Positions 1 through 16,210 are shown, numbered from the stretch's first letter. The stretch is DNA of 64,000 bases from Eledone cirrhosa (GCA_964016885.1 OZ024742.1:329530001-329594000), one strand, 5' to 3'. Notes: generated by a model not told the origin, from the letters alone. Made by a program: numbers and translations.

Positions 1-1467
1 TCTATAACACCTAACCTTCTAAATAAGGTCCTCTCATATGCTTATAATCATACTGATGTAACCACAAATGAAATAGATATAATTTTAACAACCAGAAGAA
101 CTCTCATTAACTTAAATAACGAATTTTGGACACGTTCAGATAGAGATTGAAACTTTGATATCACTATGGTGGCATCTGATTCCGCGAAAATCACAGATCT
201 TCTGGGAATTTTCATATTAAACATGATAAGTAGAAAACTGCCGGAGATTATCGGTGGTTTATATAGCGATGACATTTTATTTACTGTGGTCAAACACAAC
301 TATATAGAATTAAATAGAGTTAAGAAAAGTATAATATAATTCTTTAAAACAAACGACCTTAAATTAGAAGTAGAAAATGGTACCAAAATAGTTTAATTTC
401 CTTGACGTTACCTTTAACTTAAACACTGGCTTCTATTAACCTTTTCATAAGCCTAATGAAAACTTAAATTATGTTAGTAACTATTCAAATCACCCTAGAT
501 CTGTAAAACAAGCTATAGTAAATAGTGTGCAAAAACGTATTAATAAAATATCTGATAATAAAGATATGTTTGATAAAAATGCTGAATACTACAAAAACGC
601 ATTAAAAAGAGCAGGATATGAATAATATAGAATATGTAGATAATAACAATCCAAGTATTATTCCTAATAATAATACTAAAAATAATAATAACATATATAA
701 GAGTAACTCTAATAATTATAACTCAAACACACATACGCTAAATAAATCGAGAATACGAACTAGATCTAAACCAGTCATATGGTTTGCACCCCCTGCTCCG
801 GTCGCAGTTAAAACACCAATTACAAAACTATTCTTTAAAACTCTTGACACCTCTTTCCCTACTCAATATAAATACCCTTCCATTTTTAATAGACTTGCCA
901 TTAAATTCGCAAATTCTACAACCAGTAACATGCCCCAAAACATCGCCAAATTAAACGCCAATATGCTAAAACCAAACCAACATAATGATCATAATAATAG
1001 AGTTAACATTAATGATACTAAACAAAATGTAATTGTAGAAATAAAAATAATTGCCCATTGCAAAATAATTGTTTAGATAGTAATTTGGTTTATAAATGCA
1101 CCGTAAAAACTGACCACAAAACATACAATTACATTGGATCAACCTCGTTCACATTCAAGGTTCGTTTCGCGAATCATAAATGCTCATCTCGAATTCTAAG
1201 GAGAAATCATCCACGTCTTTATCACAGCTCATATGGTCTTTAAAAGAGAAGAATTTAGAATACTCCATTCTTTTGAGAAAACCTCGGAACTGTGGAATTT
1301 ACCGCAACTCTAGTATATAAAATAACTGCCCGCTCTGTACAATGGAGACCCTGTTCATTATTAATAATTATGAGACCCTAATTAACAAAGAAAGTGAATT
1401 ATTCTCTAGTTGCCTCCATAAAGCTACGTCCACTTTTTTAGCCTCACATAAAACGAGAAAGAAATAA
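1..1467 (+). pseudogene. PLE reverse transcriptase + GIY-YIG endonuclease pseudogene (stops and frameshifts)
   Basis: Manual translation gives NFDITMVASDSAKITDLLG, GGLYSDD, NFLDVT, SNHP, LVYKCTV..YIGST..FKVRFANH, CPLC..E and LINKESELFSSCLH, all collinear with the 827-aa ORF at 29132. Confidence 0.9.
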
Positions 1468-3030
1468 CCAATAACAACTCGGTTACCAGGAATATATAAT
1501 CAACAGTAAAAAACATCAATGGCCTTTAATATTGCTTTATTTTATAACTATCTATAGAAAAAACAACGTTAAAATGAATGACAATATTTCAATTAACATG
1601 TCTAAACATTGATACACACAACACTATTCGTTAAATTTGATCAACACCAAAATTTATTTATCTCATTATGTCTATCTATAATTTAGTACAATACCTAATC
1701 CTTACATATTTATGGAATTTATTTATCTGTGAATTGTTAATACATTTGTGATCTCTTTTAAATTTTAGTTTAATACCCAATCCATAAATGTTTATGAAAC
1801 TTATCTATAACTCCACATTTTAATGAGTTTTTTTATGTATTATTTAAAGTATAATGTAGCATATATTTCTTTTAAATATACTTACTGCACTATAAAATCT
1901 AAATTTTGAGACGGATTCAAACTTATATATAAATGTGAATTTTTCGCTGTACTTTCGATCTCTTATTTATTTATTTATAATATAATGTATTATAATATAT
2001 ATGTAGTTATATATTGTATTTTATATATTTTTAAATATTTTAAAATATACCTACCACATTTCTATATATATGATTCAAATATAGAGAAAATATCCAAACT
2101 AAAAATTATTATAGACATTATTTTGGACTCTGTATTATCCACGCACTCATTGTTTGTTTTTCTTATATATATATATATATTTAAATGCAACACGTTGATA
2201 AGAGTATAACTCTTGTCATTTACCTAAAGTATACTACACTAATAATACCTAATATATATCTATATATATATACATTCCTATATCTATTAATATGTTGATA
2301 TCTTGGTTGAAGAATAATTATACATTTACACCCAGTTATACATATGTATATATTTATCCTTAACATATTATTTTATTTTTATCTTCGTCTTTATTATTTA
2401 CCTTAAACATACTGGCTCATTAATATATACCTATATACATAATAGTTATTTAAATATTTATAACAATAAGTACTTCAAAAGCTTTACATACCTAATATGT
2501 TGGTAGATTTGTTAAAGTTTAAATTTAGGTAAATATTCAACAGTATAATATTCCATTCTTTATGTGCCAGCTAAATCCTTTAAATGTTATTCTCACAATT
2601 CAGAAGTTTAGAAATGATAACACACTTATCGAATTTATATAAATAATATATAAATAACTAGCAAATAATCCTGAAATCTGGAGTCTTCACCCTAATATTA
2701 TAAATTAAATATTTTCAAATCTAACCGTTTAACTTTCGAAAAAAAAAAACCCACACTTTATTTTTCCCTCTTTATAAATCTTTTTCCAGTGGCTATCATT
2801 GGCTGTTATGATTCATGAGACGTTTTCCTAGATATATTGTAGTATCATACACTTTAACATTTTAGAACACTTAGAGTATGCAACGTTTTTATTACTCAAA
2901 CATTCTCTAATGAATTTATTACATTTTCGCATTTTCCCATAGATAGGATATAAGTAAAATTTTCTATCGGGTTAATCACTACCTTGATTAAATCTTAACC
3001 ATTTAACATCTCAGGGTATGTCAATTATAA

Positions 3031-3091
3031 TTATATTTTGTCTGATGAGGACGTACTGTTGTACATCCGAAATATGTATAATAAAATGTAA
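3031..3091 (+). ncRNA. Minimal type I hammerhead ribozyme, canonical core
   Basis: TTATATTTTGT-CTGATGA-GGACGTAC(TGTT)GTACATCC-GAA-ATATGTAT-A-ATAAAATGTAA: stems I and II pair, stem III is near-palindromic, AUA cleavage triplet. Confidence 0.88.
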
Positions 3092-3147
3092 TTGATCAAA
3101 AGAACATCTATTTTATTAATACTTATATTTTAATATATATATATATA

Positions 3148-4228
3148 TTGTTATACTTGGGGAGGGACATATTTGTGTAATATTGCCAGAATTAATAACA
3201 GAACACACTCACTGTTTGGTTGGTTTTCGCTTTTCGCTTCTGTGTCTTTTATATCGGTTAATTTAATTTATTCGGTCCTCAATGTTGCCATTGACATTGG
3301 GGGTTTACTTTACATATGATACATGTATCATATGTAAAGAAAATCCCCGGATAAACTGTAAAACTAGAAACGTAGTCTATAGCATAAGATGTACAGAGGG
3401 TACTTGCAGAAACATGACAACAACATACATACGCGAGGCAGCTCGTAGCATAGGTGAAAGGCTAGACCAACACTGGGGGAACTAAAAGAACAAAAAAATG
3501 GTTCAGTACTATACGAACATGCCAGACAGCAACACGAAGATAACATAGACAACATAGAAATTAGAATAATATCTAAACATAGAAATGACCCAGCAGATAG
3601 GCAAATCAGAGAGGCCAGTGAAATAGAACTTAGAATCTCAAGGCTAAACAGAAAAATGAATGGAATAACAACAGTACCCAAACAAACAACACTGAACTAA
3701 GGGAAGTATAAATAAATAAATAAATAAATAAAGAGATAAATAAATAAATACATACACAAGCACAATAACAACAAACACATATAAACACACACTAGTAAAG
3801 ACAGAATACATTAACCAATACACAGTCACCCAAACAGGAACACACATCAAACAAAACACTATACACACACGCAAACGCATGCGCAAAGAAGACAAAAAAC
3901 AAAAAAAATAAACAAATAAATAAATATATAAACAGACTAAATAAGGATGGCGTAGACGTACAATGCAACGGGAGGAAACAATAGCACCACTGACGTTGTT
4001 GCAGATGTGCAACGAAAGAACTTTGATAAACTATATATATATGTGTTTGTGTCTATATTGTATCTGTATTTTTGACCGTTGGTTAGTTAATTTCAACATT
4101 GAGGACCGAATAAATTCAATTAACCGATATAAAAGACACAGAAGCGAAAAGCGAAAACCAACCAAACAGTGAGTGTTCTGTTATTAATTCTGGCAATATT
4201 ACACAAATATGACCCTCCCCAAGTATAA
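3148..4228 (+). mobile_element. 5'-truncated PLE (group B1): inverted terminal copy, GIY-YIG fragment, 3' UTR
   Basis: 3151-3287 is the reverse complement of 4094-4228; CIICK..NCKTRNVVYSIRC..ARSIGERLDQHW..SVLYEH..IREA..LNRK; (TA)n on both sides. Confidence 0.88.
3986..4028 (+). ncRNA. Degenerate hammerhead (group B1)
   Basis: CA-CTGACGT-T-GTTGCA(GATG)TGCAAC-GAA-AGAACT-T-TG; A9 is mutated here but intact (CTGACGA) in the 40401 copy. Confidence 0.6.
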
Positions 4229-4785
<557 letters not shown>

Positions 4786-6072
4786 GTGTACGTGTATGAG
4801 CGTGATTAGTCTTTCACATACAGTATATATCACTGTGCACAATCCTATCATTCGTTATAAGATTAATATTGTTTCTCGATAGGTGAAGGTGTATATTGAA
4901 ATAACTCCAATATGTTCCTGTTATTTTATCGACCTTTAAAAATAGGAAATCAATGTTGAACATAACAAACCTACAATACTAGAATGGTAGGGGAAAATAT
5001 ACATATAGTTGGTAAAGATGAATTGAACAGTGCACTGTCCTATCATCCGGCAAGTCTCATACTTCTATAATATTAATTAACGTTTCACTAACTTACATAT
5101 ATTTTATAGCTTCATATATTACAGGCTAACAGTTTTCTCATTAGTTATCTCTTGCCGAGAAATTATCAATATCAAGATATATGGCCGGAATGTTAGGCGT
5201 AAAAACCCGTCTAAAGACGTTGATGACCGCTGCCGAATCTATTGTCTTCTCGTAATTCCACATCGTTGCACATTCTGAAATTCAACACATTAATATAATT
5301 TGCTATAAAAATGAATATAGAAATCTTCTCTGTATTGAATTAGTTTCCAATCATATTACAAAACTCATGTCTTTGAACATACCATGACACACCAACAGAC
5401 ACTCACTAACACCTATATACGCAGAGCAGTGCGTTAAAACTTTATAAACATGCGGATACACACAAACGAACACAAAATGTATATACGCACACACTCGTAT
5501 GTATGTATGGAAGAAGCAAACGGAAACAAAGCAAGAAACAGCACAATGAAGAAACATTGTAGTTTAACTTTTCATAAAGTAGGACAAAAGTATTTAAGTT
5601 TCAGTCGCTAGTCTTCATCGGGAGATAGAATGATAAATAAGAGATGGAATAGAAAGAAGGAGAGTGTAAAGAAGAGGGAAAGAGGAAAATGTTTTTGAGA
5701 GAACAAAGGGTGTATTCAAACAGCCATATATATAGAATAGGTCATTCTGTGAATTACTGGTGGTATTACCAATATTAGCAATATTAGCACATGCAGAGTG
5801 TATATAAGATATCAAGCGAGGAAGATTTGTTTACATGGTTGTATGTTTCTATTGAGTAACGAACTGTTTAAATACCAGGCAGGCTGAGGAGCAGATCGAT
5901 GCTGTAGACGGTTCCATAGCTTATGTATGTGAACTTGAGTGAGTTATCAGCCAAACGTACGTAATAGGTCGATACAAATTAAAAACAGGAAGACATGGAA
6001 ATGAAATGTATTTTCTTATTATATACATATATAAGCGCATATAAAAAATACTTATACACGCATATATATATA

Positions 6073-7366
6073 TTGTTATACTTTGGGAGGGTCATGTTGC
6101 CAATAAGAAACACACGCACCACATGCTTTCACTTCAATTTATTATCAATTAAATTTATAAATTTAGGAATTTATAAATTTCCGGTTGGTTGGTTGGTTCC
6201 ACAACCATACGATTGTTCATATATTGTCAAAGTTCTTTCGTCACACATTATGTGACCTCTTCAGTGACTGTGGATTCTTTTCATTGTTTTTGTGCCTCTC
6301 CTTCGTTCTGTCCTACGCCATCTTGTTTTTGTGTGTGTTGTGTGATTAGTTTACGCATGTGTTACATCCGGGTGTCTGTGTGTATTTATATTTGTTTATT
6401 TATTTGTTTTTTTTTTACATATTACTGGTTGGTTGTTTGTTCTGTGTTTGTGTGTTTTCATATTGTCCTTAATTGTAAGTTTAGATGTTGCTATTCAATT
6501 CATGCTTTCTATTTAATGTTGGTTGGAGTTCATTTATGTTTATTGCCTCTGTGATTTGTCTAAATATTGCGTCTTTTCTGTGTGTAGATTCTATTTTTAT
6601 TTCTATGTTCTTTAATTTACCCGTATGTTCTATTTTAGCATGTTGGTAGAGTACAGATGATTCTTTACTATCTTGAAGCTCTCGCCAGTGTTCATTTATC
6701 CGTTCTCCTATACTACGAGCTGTCTCACCTGTGTACACTATATTCTTATCTCTACATTGTCATTCAGTAAATCTTATGCTATATACTACAATACTAGTTT
6801 TGCAGTTAATATGGGGGCTTAGTTTACAGATTATACATTTCTTATCTATACAGGGAGGTCTTTGAAAAGGGTATGCATTGCTAATAAGTGTTTTTATGGA
6901 GGTACCTGGTCTTTCTACTATCTTAATATTGAGTTTATGTTTATCTCGGGCCCTTCTGAATTTGTAACCTAATTCACATCTAGGGGTTGTATTGATTACA
7001 CTCTGGTATTTATTGCAATCATACCATGAGTGTATTCTATTACCCTTATTCCTAGTTCTTTCTATTCTATTCCAAAATGTGTTCCTATACAAGGGGCAGG
7101 TCCCATTTGTATCATTATTTACGATTTTTTCCCATTTGGTTCTGGATCCTCTATATACTCTGATCTTATCTCTATGATTGTAACCAGCGAACTGCAATAC
7201 ATTCATAAATTTATAAATTAAATTTATAATAAATTGAAGTCTAAGCAACTGGTGCGTGTGTTTCTTATTGGCAAAATGACCCCCCCCCCCCCCCCAAGTA
7301 TAACGATATCGGTTTCAACACACCTTTTCAGATAAATAATCTTGCTAAACAAATTTAGAAACGAAA
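6073..7366 (-). mobile_element. 5'-truncated PLE (group B2): RT thumb, Cys-rich linker, GIY-YIG, plus an inverted terminal copy at ~7205-7366
   Basis: ORFs 6760-7248 and 6481-6738 (LQFAGY..CPLYR..IKIVERPG..YTGETARSIGERINEH..SVLYQH..RQITEA..LNRKHE); terminus GACCCTCCCAAAGTATAAC at both ends in opposite orientation. Confidence 0.9.
6226..6268 (-). ncRNA. Minimal hammerhead (group B2)
   Basis: Minus strand: GTCA-CTGAAGA-G-GTCACA(TAATG)TGTGAC-GAA-AGAACT-T-TGAC. Confidence 0.8.
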
Positions 7367-7376
7367 TATATATATA

Positions 7377-7483
7377 GCTCAGCAGACGGGGTCCTACTCG
7401 TTCCTATTACCCACTCTACTACCCTAAGAATTGAATACGTTGGTGTGTTAGGGTCCATCTGGTTCCGTACCACATTTCCTTCG

Positions 7484-7486
<3 letters not shown>
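7377..7486 (+). mobile_element. Terminal fragment of group E element (3' half of the HHR plus tail)
   Basis: Homologous to the reverse complement of 8724-8833; between TA tracts. Confidence 0.75.
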
Positions 7487-8725
<1,239 letters not shown>

Positions 8726-8804
8726 CGAAGGAAATGTGGTAAGAAACCAGGTGGACCATAACGCACCGAAGTACTCAATACTTGAGGTAGTAGAGTGGGT
8801 AATA

Positions 8805-8916
8805 GGAACCAGTAAGACCCCGACAGCTGAGCTCAAGCCGTTTCGACGGCTAATTCTGGACTAAATGAAAATTTATCCTGGTATTTAAATAGCCGATCTT
8901 CTCAAGGGGTAATTCC
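8805..8916 (-). ncRNA. Type I hammerhead, U3-A8 variant, long loop 2
   Basis: Reverse-complement copy of 9708-9797 with a longer stem II insert. Confidence 0.8.
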
Positions 8917-9707
8917 ATATATGGTCAAAGTTATTGTCAAAAATCAGTAGTAATTCTGTGGTTGCAAATTAGTAGGGGAGATAGTGGCTAAACCTGCCAG
9001 TAGGAGAAAGAGGGGAGGGGGTGGAGTAGACCCAATCAAGCGTTGGTAGTGCCAGCTACAGCTGGGCATGAGGTCAAAGAAGATACAGGGGAGGGGGAGG
9101 GGGAGGAAGTCGGAACGGTAGGTAGAACAATGGGGGGTAGAAATATATAGGGAAGAAAAAATACTGAGAGTGAAGAAAAGCAAAATACTAAAGAGACTAC
9201 CGTGGTAGTTTCTTTAGTATTTTGGCCCCTTTTGTTGACCCGCCACCGTATCATTTACGTACTTATACCTCTTAAAAAGGTCCTTGCCTAATCCGTCCCA
9301 CCTAGTTCTTTTACTTATTTCGTTATTTCTTTATTTCTTTCTTTACTTCTTTCTTTCTTTATTTATTTATTCTAGCCTAACAATAGCTAGAGACCTAGGT
9401 CGTAGAATTTAATTTACTTTACTTTTTTCTTTACACTTATTTGCTTTTCTTCACTCTCAGTATTTTTTCTTTCCTATATATTTCTACCCCCCATTGTTCT
9501 ACCTACCGTTCCGACTTCCTCCCCCTCCCCCTCCCCTGTATCTTCTTTGACCTCATGCCCAGCTGTAGCTGGCACTACCAACGCTTGATTGGGTCTACTC
9601 CACCCACTCCCCTCTTTCTCCTACTGGCAGGTTTAGCCACCATCTCCCCTACTAATTTGCAACCACAGAATTACTACTGATTTTTGACAATCACTTTGAC
9701 CATATAT

Positions 9708-9795
9708 GGAATTACCCCTTGAGAAGATCGGCTATTTAAATACCAGAATTAGCCGTCGAAACGGCTTGAGCTCAGCTGTCGGGGTCTTACTGGTT

Positions 9796-9797
<2 letters not shown>
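9708..9797 (+). ncRNA. Type I hammerhead, U3-A8 compensatory core
   Basis: ACCCC-TTGAGAA-GA(T)CGGCTA..TAGCCGTC-GAA-ACGGCT(TGAGCTC)AGCTGT-C-GGGGT; GUC triplet; stem I extends as GGAATT/GGTTCC beyond a bulge. Confidence 0.85.
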
Positions 9798-9831
<34 letters not shown>

Positions 9832-11171
9832 ATGTATCTGTGTCAAAGATGTTTCTATTGTCAGGTAAAGAGGTGGATTACATAACGGAATTTAAATCTA
9901 TAACCAAATGTGACCTAGGGTCACTTCCCTGACATGTGTTCCAGCGGCTCCTGATACGCAAACAAGCCTATGGATCTTATGCCAGCATCTTTCTCCTGGT
10001 CAGCTTCTGGTCGTCCAGGGAAATCTGTTCAGCGATTCTTTTCTTAGGCATCCAGCCCACACGTCTGTAGCACTGAACTCTTACCTTTCAATTTGGAAAG
10101 GTTTCAGCTCTACATGCAACGATTCTCTGAAATCTATCCAATAAGGTTACACCAAAATTCATCCGATCCTGTGCTGGATGTTCGTGTTCAATGAAAGGCT
10201 GAGATGTAAACTGATACCCATCTAGTTATTTGCACCCCCTCCCCCCGAAATGTGATAGGTATAATTCGACCTACAGGACAGATTGGGAAGCGCTGGCTGA
10301 CGAGATATGAATATACTATTAAATGCAATGTTGGAAGACTTCCTGGAGAAACTGTATATGTTGAAAGAAAATGGAGGCTATTCAGTTCAGCAGTTCCTGA
10401 GCTATTAGCTGTGGGGCTAGGTGATCCTTTGATTTAATCATGAGGTTAAATATATCACACGAGCAAATGTGGACCATTACAAACTTGATTTGTACTCGAG
10501 ATCCAGGTAGGCGTGAAAGTCACAGCTGGGGTTTCAGCAGGAATTTAAATTTAGATCAGCAAATAAATTATTCTGGCTGACCATCCACTGACTGTGTAAT
10601 ACAAAGTTCCCATCCTGCTCTGCTATCAGTAATACGTCTGGTGTTCTTTAATATGAAAAAGATGCATCCTCATTTAATAAAAATTAAAATATGTATGAAA
10701 CCGTATTCGTGATTACATGGAAATACGTTATAATTTAACAGAAATAGTAAATCGAGAGTCAATTACTATTTTGTTGTCTATTCATACATAAATATCTCCC
10801 ATATTTTTGGAAATATATTTGCTAGCTACTAGCTCAACACGTATCGATTTGAATTGCCTGAACTCATAACAACGAATTCCGTTATTAAAGGTCTTCGATA
10901 TATTAAAAAAAAAAAAAATTTATGTTAGATAAACCTATATACCAGTAAATATCGTGAGAACCAAGGGAGGTAATTTAACAGCTGTATCATATTCTGGAAC
11001 TGAATGTCTGATAAATTACTTAAATTATAGAATAGCATAAACACCAATATTCAATTGACGATAGAATTTAGCAAGTATAATTTCATCTTTCTAAATTATT
11101 TCAAAGGGATAATACACAGGCGGCTTGAAACGGATGTCTATTATTTATTCCAAGGCACGGAACAGTTTTAT

Positions 11172-11244
<73 letters not shown>

Positions 11245-11411
11245 ACAGTAAATTCTGCGTCTAAAATTACGAGGGTAGATTATACCACAAATATTTTATA
11301 TATTTAAACTGAATCATACAGTAATATATTAATATTATAATGCGCAGGATTTATACTTTGAGCTTGTTAATTGCAGGGTATCAATATGAGTTAATAACTC
11401 TATATTTTAAT

Positions 11412-11481
<70 letters not shown>

Positions 11482-11710
11482 ATGATAATAAATTTGAAGA
11501 CTAAAATCCAAAGAGGGCTCGATAAGGATAAATATATATATAAAATATATATATATAAATCAAACGAAAACTATAGAATATATATAAGGCGGCCGCAGGG
11601 ACTAGCGACTGCTAACCTTTGGCCGCCTTCTCGTCTTGGGTATTTCTCTCTGCTTTTCAGACCCTTAGATTGTGATTATTATAATATTCCTTTCTTGGAT
11701 AAATTTCGGA

Positions 11711-11768
11711 ATACCTGATGATGTCACCGGATTCATACTGAACACGGTCATTAAAATGTTCATAGTAT
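11711..11768 (+). ncRNA. Degenerate hammerhead (group D; GAAA mutated to AAAA)
   Basis: ATAC-CTGATGA-TGTCACCG..CGGTCATT-AAA-ATGTTCAT-A-GTAT. Confidence 0.6.
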
Positions 11769-11822
11769 AATGAACGTTTAAGGAATTATACCCGTCTAGC
11801 CTCCTGCGAAAGAAGGGCTAAA

Positions 11823-11864
11823 AGCTGACTGTCTGTTTCGCGCTGGTTGGCGTTCAACAGAGCC
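11823..11864 (-). ncRNA. Hammerhead-like motif with CUGUUGA core (group G)
   Basis: Minus strand: GGCT-CTGTTGA-ACGC(CAACCA)GCGC-GAA-ACAGACAGT-C-AGCT; GUC triplet. Confidence 0.65.
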
Positions 11865-12201
11865 ATGTACTCCCCTGCTCTCGCAGAAAATTATAGAACC
11901 TGGATCCTTATGGAATTCCAGTAATAATTAGGAGCTGATTATACAGAGCGATTGCCGGTCCAGCAAAAGTTAGGTATTAGGATTGGTGCTCTGAAATAAC
12001 GATGTATACATGAATGTATGTATAGTATGCATACAATATACCGTATGTTTTGTTTAAAATAATTTAGAAGACCATACGCTATCAGTTTTAATGTTGTGAC
12101 TCTGTCACTTCTATTGGACCGGCAATCGTTCTGTATAATCAACTCCTGATTATTACTGGTATCCAGCTTCTTTATTTTTCGGCGAAAGCAGGGGAGTACG
12201 T

Positions 12202-12243
12202 GGCTCTGTTGAACGCCAACCAGCGTGAAAGCGACTGTCAGCT
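12202..12243 (+). ncRNA. Hammerhead-like motif with CUGUUGA core (group G)
   Basis: GGCT-CTGTTGA-ACGC(CAACCA)GCGT-GAA-AGCGACTGT-C-AGCT. Confidence 0.65.
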
Positions 12244-12416
12244 TCTCTACCTTCTTTCGCCGAAAAGAAGTAAGTGACATAGTCACTACTTTAAAACTGG
12301 TAGCTTATGGTCTGCTAAATGTTTTAAATTAAACATACGGTATATTGCCAGATATACTATACATGTGTACATCGCTATTTCAGAGCACCAATCCTAATAC
12401 CTATATATATATATAC

Positions 12417-12476
<60 letters not shown>

Positions 12477-13789
12477 ATATCAAAATAAAAACTATAGAAC
12501 AGTTTTATAGTTATATAAGAAACGATTATGCGTATAAAAACCACAAATCTACCTTAGATATCTGACTTCTTCTAAAATTTACCTTTTTCAGCAAACGGAT
12601 AATATAAAAAAAAAAATGTTCTTAATTTGTAAAATAATATATATTACAATAGGCATTGCGCAAATATACGCACCTTAGTTCACATGAATATATGTGGTTT
12701 AGTAAAAGTCTCATGCATGTGTGCAGTTAAATTAATTATATATCGTATGAAGCTAAAGATAATTGAATACTTCCAATTCCTCATAAAATTTCTTATAGTT
12801 TTTCTTCTTAAAACAAATACCATGTGATCCAGATCTGATTTGATGTTTAACTAATACTCCCTTTATTTCCTGAATTCAATCTCCCATAAATACTATCAAT
12901 GTTACTAATGTTAGTGCTGCCTATCTTGCTACTAATAAAAAAAAATTCATTCACAGAATACATGCCTGTCCTACTTCATTAATCCATTACACCGTTCAAC
13001 GGACACCAGAATGATGGTCACGTGGTTTGCTGCACTTCAAATACTGTGCTTTTTTTTCTTTTATCATCTTAATTAGGTATTGAATAAATCTAATTTTTGG
13101 TATCTACACGCAGAAGGAATGGCACAGTCAAGTTGAATCCAATCAATTTGTGAGAATATAATATAATAAATTCTTAACAACGATAAAAAATATAGAAATA
13201 ATAGAAATTGCCTAAAAACGCAAGCAGAACAAAGAATGTTGTATACAAACTGATAAGAAGTAGTTGTAAAATAAAGCCAATTATAATGTAATAGAAGAAA
13301 ACAATATTATATGATTCACTGTAAATGACAGCAGCATAATGACATTTGTGTATTTGTAGGACTTTTTTCATTACTATCCTTATCATGGCAATACCAAACC
13401 TAGTTTTATAGCGAACTTTATTGTTTAAAATAAATCTCAACGAATTGCAAACATATTTAAAACGTTCATTGCTTATATTTGAGTTTAAAGAAATATGTTT
13501 GAACATGGGTTTAAAATTAAATGACCTGTGATGATGTGGAGGCAACCATCATTTATTGATGATAATTATAATCCCGTGACTACTATTATATGTGTACATA
13601 ATCATGTAAAATATATGAAATAATAACGGAAGTATTGTATCTTTAAGTGTATTTAGTTGCATAAAAGTCAATGTCAACAACATTTCAAATTAAAGAGTCA
13701 CCATTATGTTTACGGAATATAGTGAATTAAACGATAGCGTTTCTTACAGAGTCAGCTAAGACAAGTGTGTGTGTATATAATATATATAT

Positions 13790-14898
<1,109 letters not shown>

Positions 14899-15029
14899 AA
14901 AAATAAAAAAGATGAAATCGAAAATGCAGGTATTTACGACCGTTTCATTGGTAAGTGCAACCTTATATTGCTACACTGCAAACAGCAGCCACTCAATTAT
15001 AATTGTTGTTCACGTCCAAATTTTCAAAA

Positions 15030-16210
15030 TAGTGAGTAACTGCCACCTACCTGAAACCTGTCCATTACATAATGAATGTATGCAGTCTAATCTGGTTTAC
15101 CAATGCACAGTGAAATCAGACAACCAGAAATGATATTACATCGGAGCGACTGGGAATACAGTTAAAGCCCGTTGGTATACACACCTTTACGCAATGAAAC
15201 ATTCCCAGTATCGTTATGTAACTTCCCTTGTAAACAAGACCTGGAACCTGAGGGAAAGTAACCATCAATACACCCTGAAGTGGAAACATTATCGAACGCG
15301 CCCCCATATCGGAGTGGTATTAGAAGCTGTCGATTATGTGACCTTGAGCTGTTCCACATTTTGAGTTCGAAGAATAAGTTTCTCAACAATAAAATAGAAA
15401 GATCAATTTATTGTAACCATAGACTCAAAGAAAAATGTTCGCTCTACATGTGCAAATCGAACCCTTAACCTCTTACTACCAACTGGCAAACTGCATATAC
15501 TTAGACTTTATACCCTCTTATTGTATCTTAACCCTTTTAATTACCCACAGAAACCAATACCTATAACCCTCCCTACTCCTTCATTCCTCTTCTATTTCTT
15601 CGTTTTCTTCCTCCTTCCCTCCCCCTTTTGGCTATCTTTTCTTTTCTTCTTTCTCCCCCTTCTTTGCTTTTATTTTAGTCATTATTATTTTTATCTTTAT
15701 TTTTTATATGTATATTTATCTCCCTATATCTCCCCTTCTCTCTCTCTCGCTCTCGCTCTCTCTCTCTATCCATCCCACTATGATCAATTTAATTCTCTTT
15801 AACTCACAACATTCGACGACATGAAGTCTACATATCAAAACTGATCAAGGAATCCTTCTACCTCTACCCCTCCATCCATCTCAGTTTGTCACTCTACTTC
15901 CTAACTCTTCTTCCCCTTCCTCTCTCTCTATACTATTCCGTTTGTCCCTCACATTCTAATTCCTCTTCCTCTCTCTCTAAACTAGTAAATACAATTCCAA
16001 AAAAAGCTTATACATTCAGACGTTCAAGCATCTGGCAGGAAGGTATACGTTGCTGACGATAGCTAATAAACTGGAAACTAGTACAGCGTTCCTTTGTCAG
16101 TGTTGAACAAAAGAGCAACGATGGTTGCTAAACACTGTACGGCTTAATTCGGGATGTTTGTTTACAAACACACCGAGCATTATAATAAATGTTCGGTAAA
16201 TCCATACGTA
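15030..16210 (+). mobile_element. 5'-truncated PLE (group H): GIY-YIG pseudogene (~15030-15468), pyrimidine-rich 3' UTR, HHR terminus
   Basis: [53 protein letters not shown]; terminus also present at 21660-21863. Confidence 0.88.
16048..16088 (+). ncRNA. Minimal hammerhead (group H)
   Basis: CGTTG-CTGACGA-TAGCT(AATA)AACTG-GAA-ACTAGT-A-CAGCG; palindromic stem III; GUA triplet. Confidence 0.85.

Larger units (their letters stand above)
1..3133 (+). mobile_element. Penelope-like element (group A), entering from the left window edge: decayed RT-GIY-YIG ORF, ~1.6 kb 3' UTR and HHR-bearing terminus ending in (TA)n
   Basis: Coding remnant 1-1467 followed by an AT-rich UTR, a hammerhead at ~3031-3091 and a (TA)n tract. 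Confidence 0.88.
8724..9800. mobile_element. Non-coding inverted-repeat element (group E) with two HHRs
   Basis: ~8802-9185 is the reverse complement of ~9440-9800; fold-back hairpin at 9181-9224; TA tracts on both sides; no RT or EN coding sequence. Confidence 0.8.
11478..12403. mobile_element. Mosaic of PLE termini: group C end (11478-11535, -), group D pLTR (~11590-11805, +), group G inverted/tandem pLTRs (11803-12403)
   Basis: 11478-11535 matches 25580-25635 and 56574-56630; 11685-11805 matches 26105-26222; 11803-11965 inverts 12108-12270 and 11970-12105 inverts 12275-12403. Confidence 0.75.

Noticed and set aside
148-150. In-frame TGA codons in PLE ORFs (also 15131 and 39663) as selenocysteine, by analogy with Naiad PLEs
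   Set aside because: The same copies have TAA stops or frameshifts, the TGAs are not at conserved Cys positions, and the domain order is RT-EN rather than the Naiad EN-RT order
8944-9680. Duplicated 79-aa ORFs on opposite strands (likewise the 90-aa pair at 33315/33328)
   Set aside because: By-products of inverted repeats; no protein motifs or proper start context
14925-14990. Minus-strand GAA-ACGGTCGT-A, resembling a hammerhead 3' half
   Set aside because: No CUGANGA-like core or stem I partner; at most a truncated remnant
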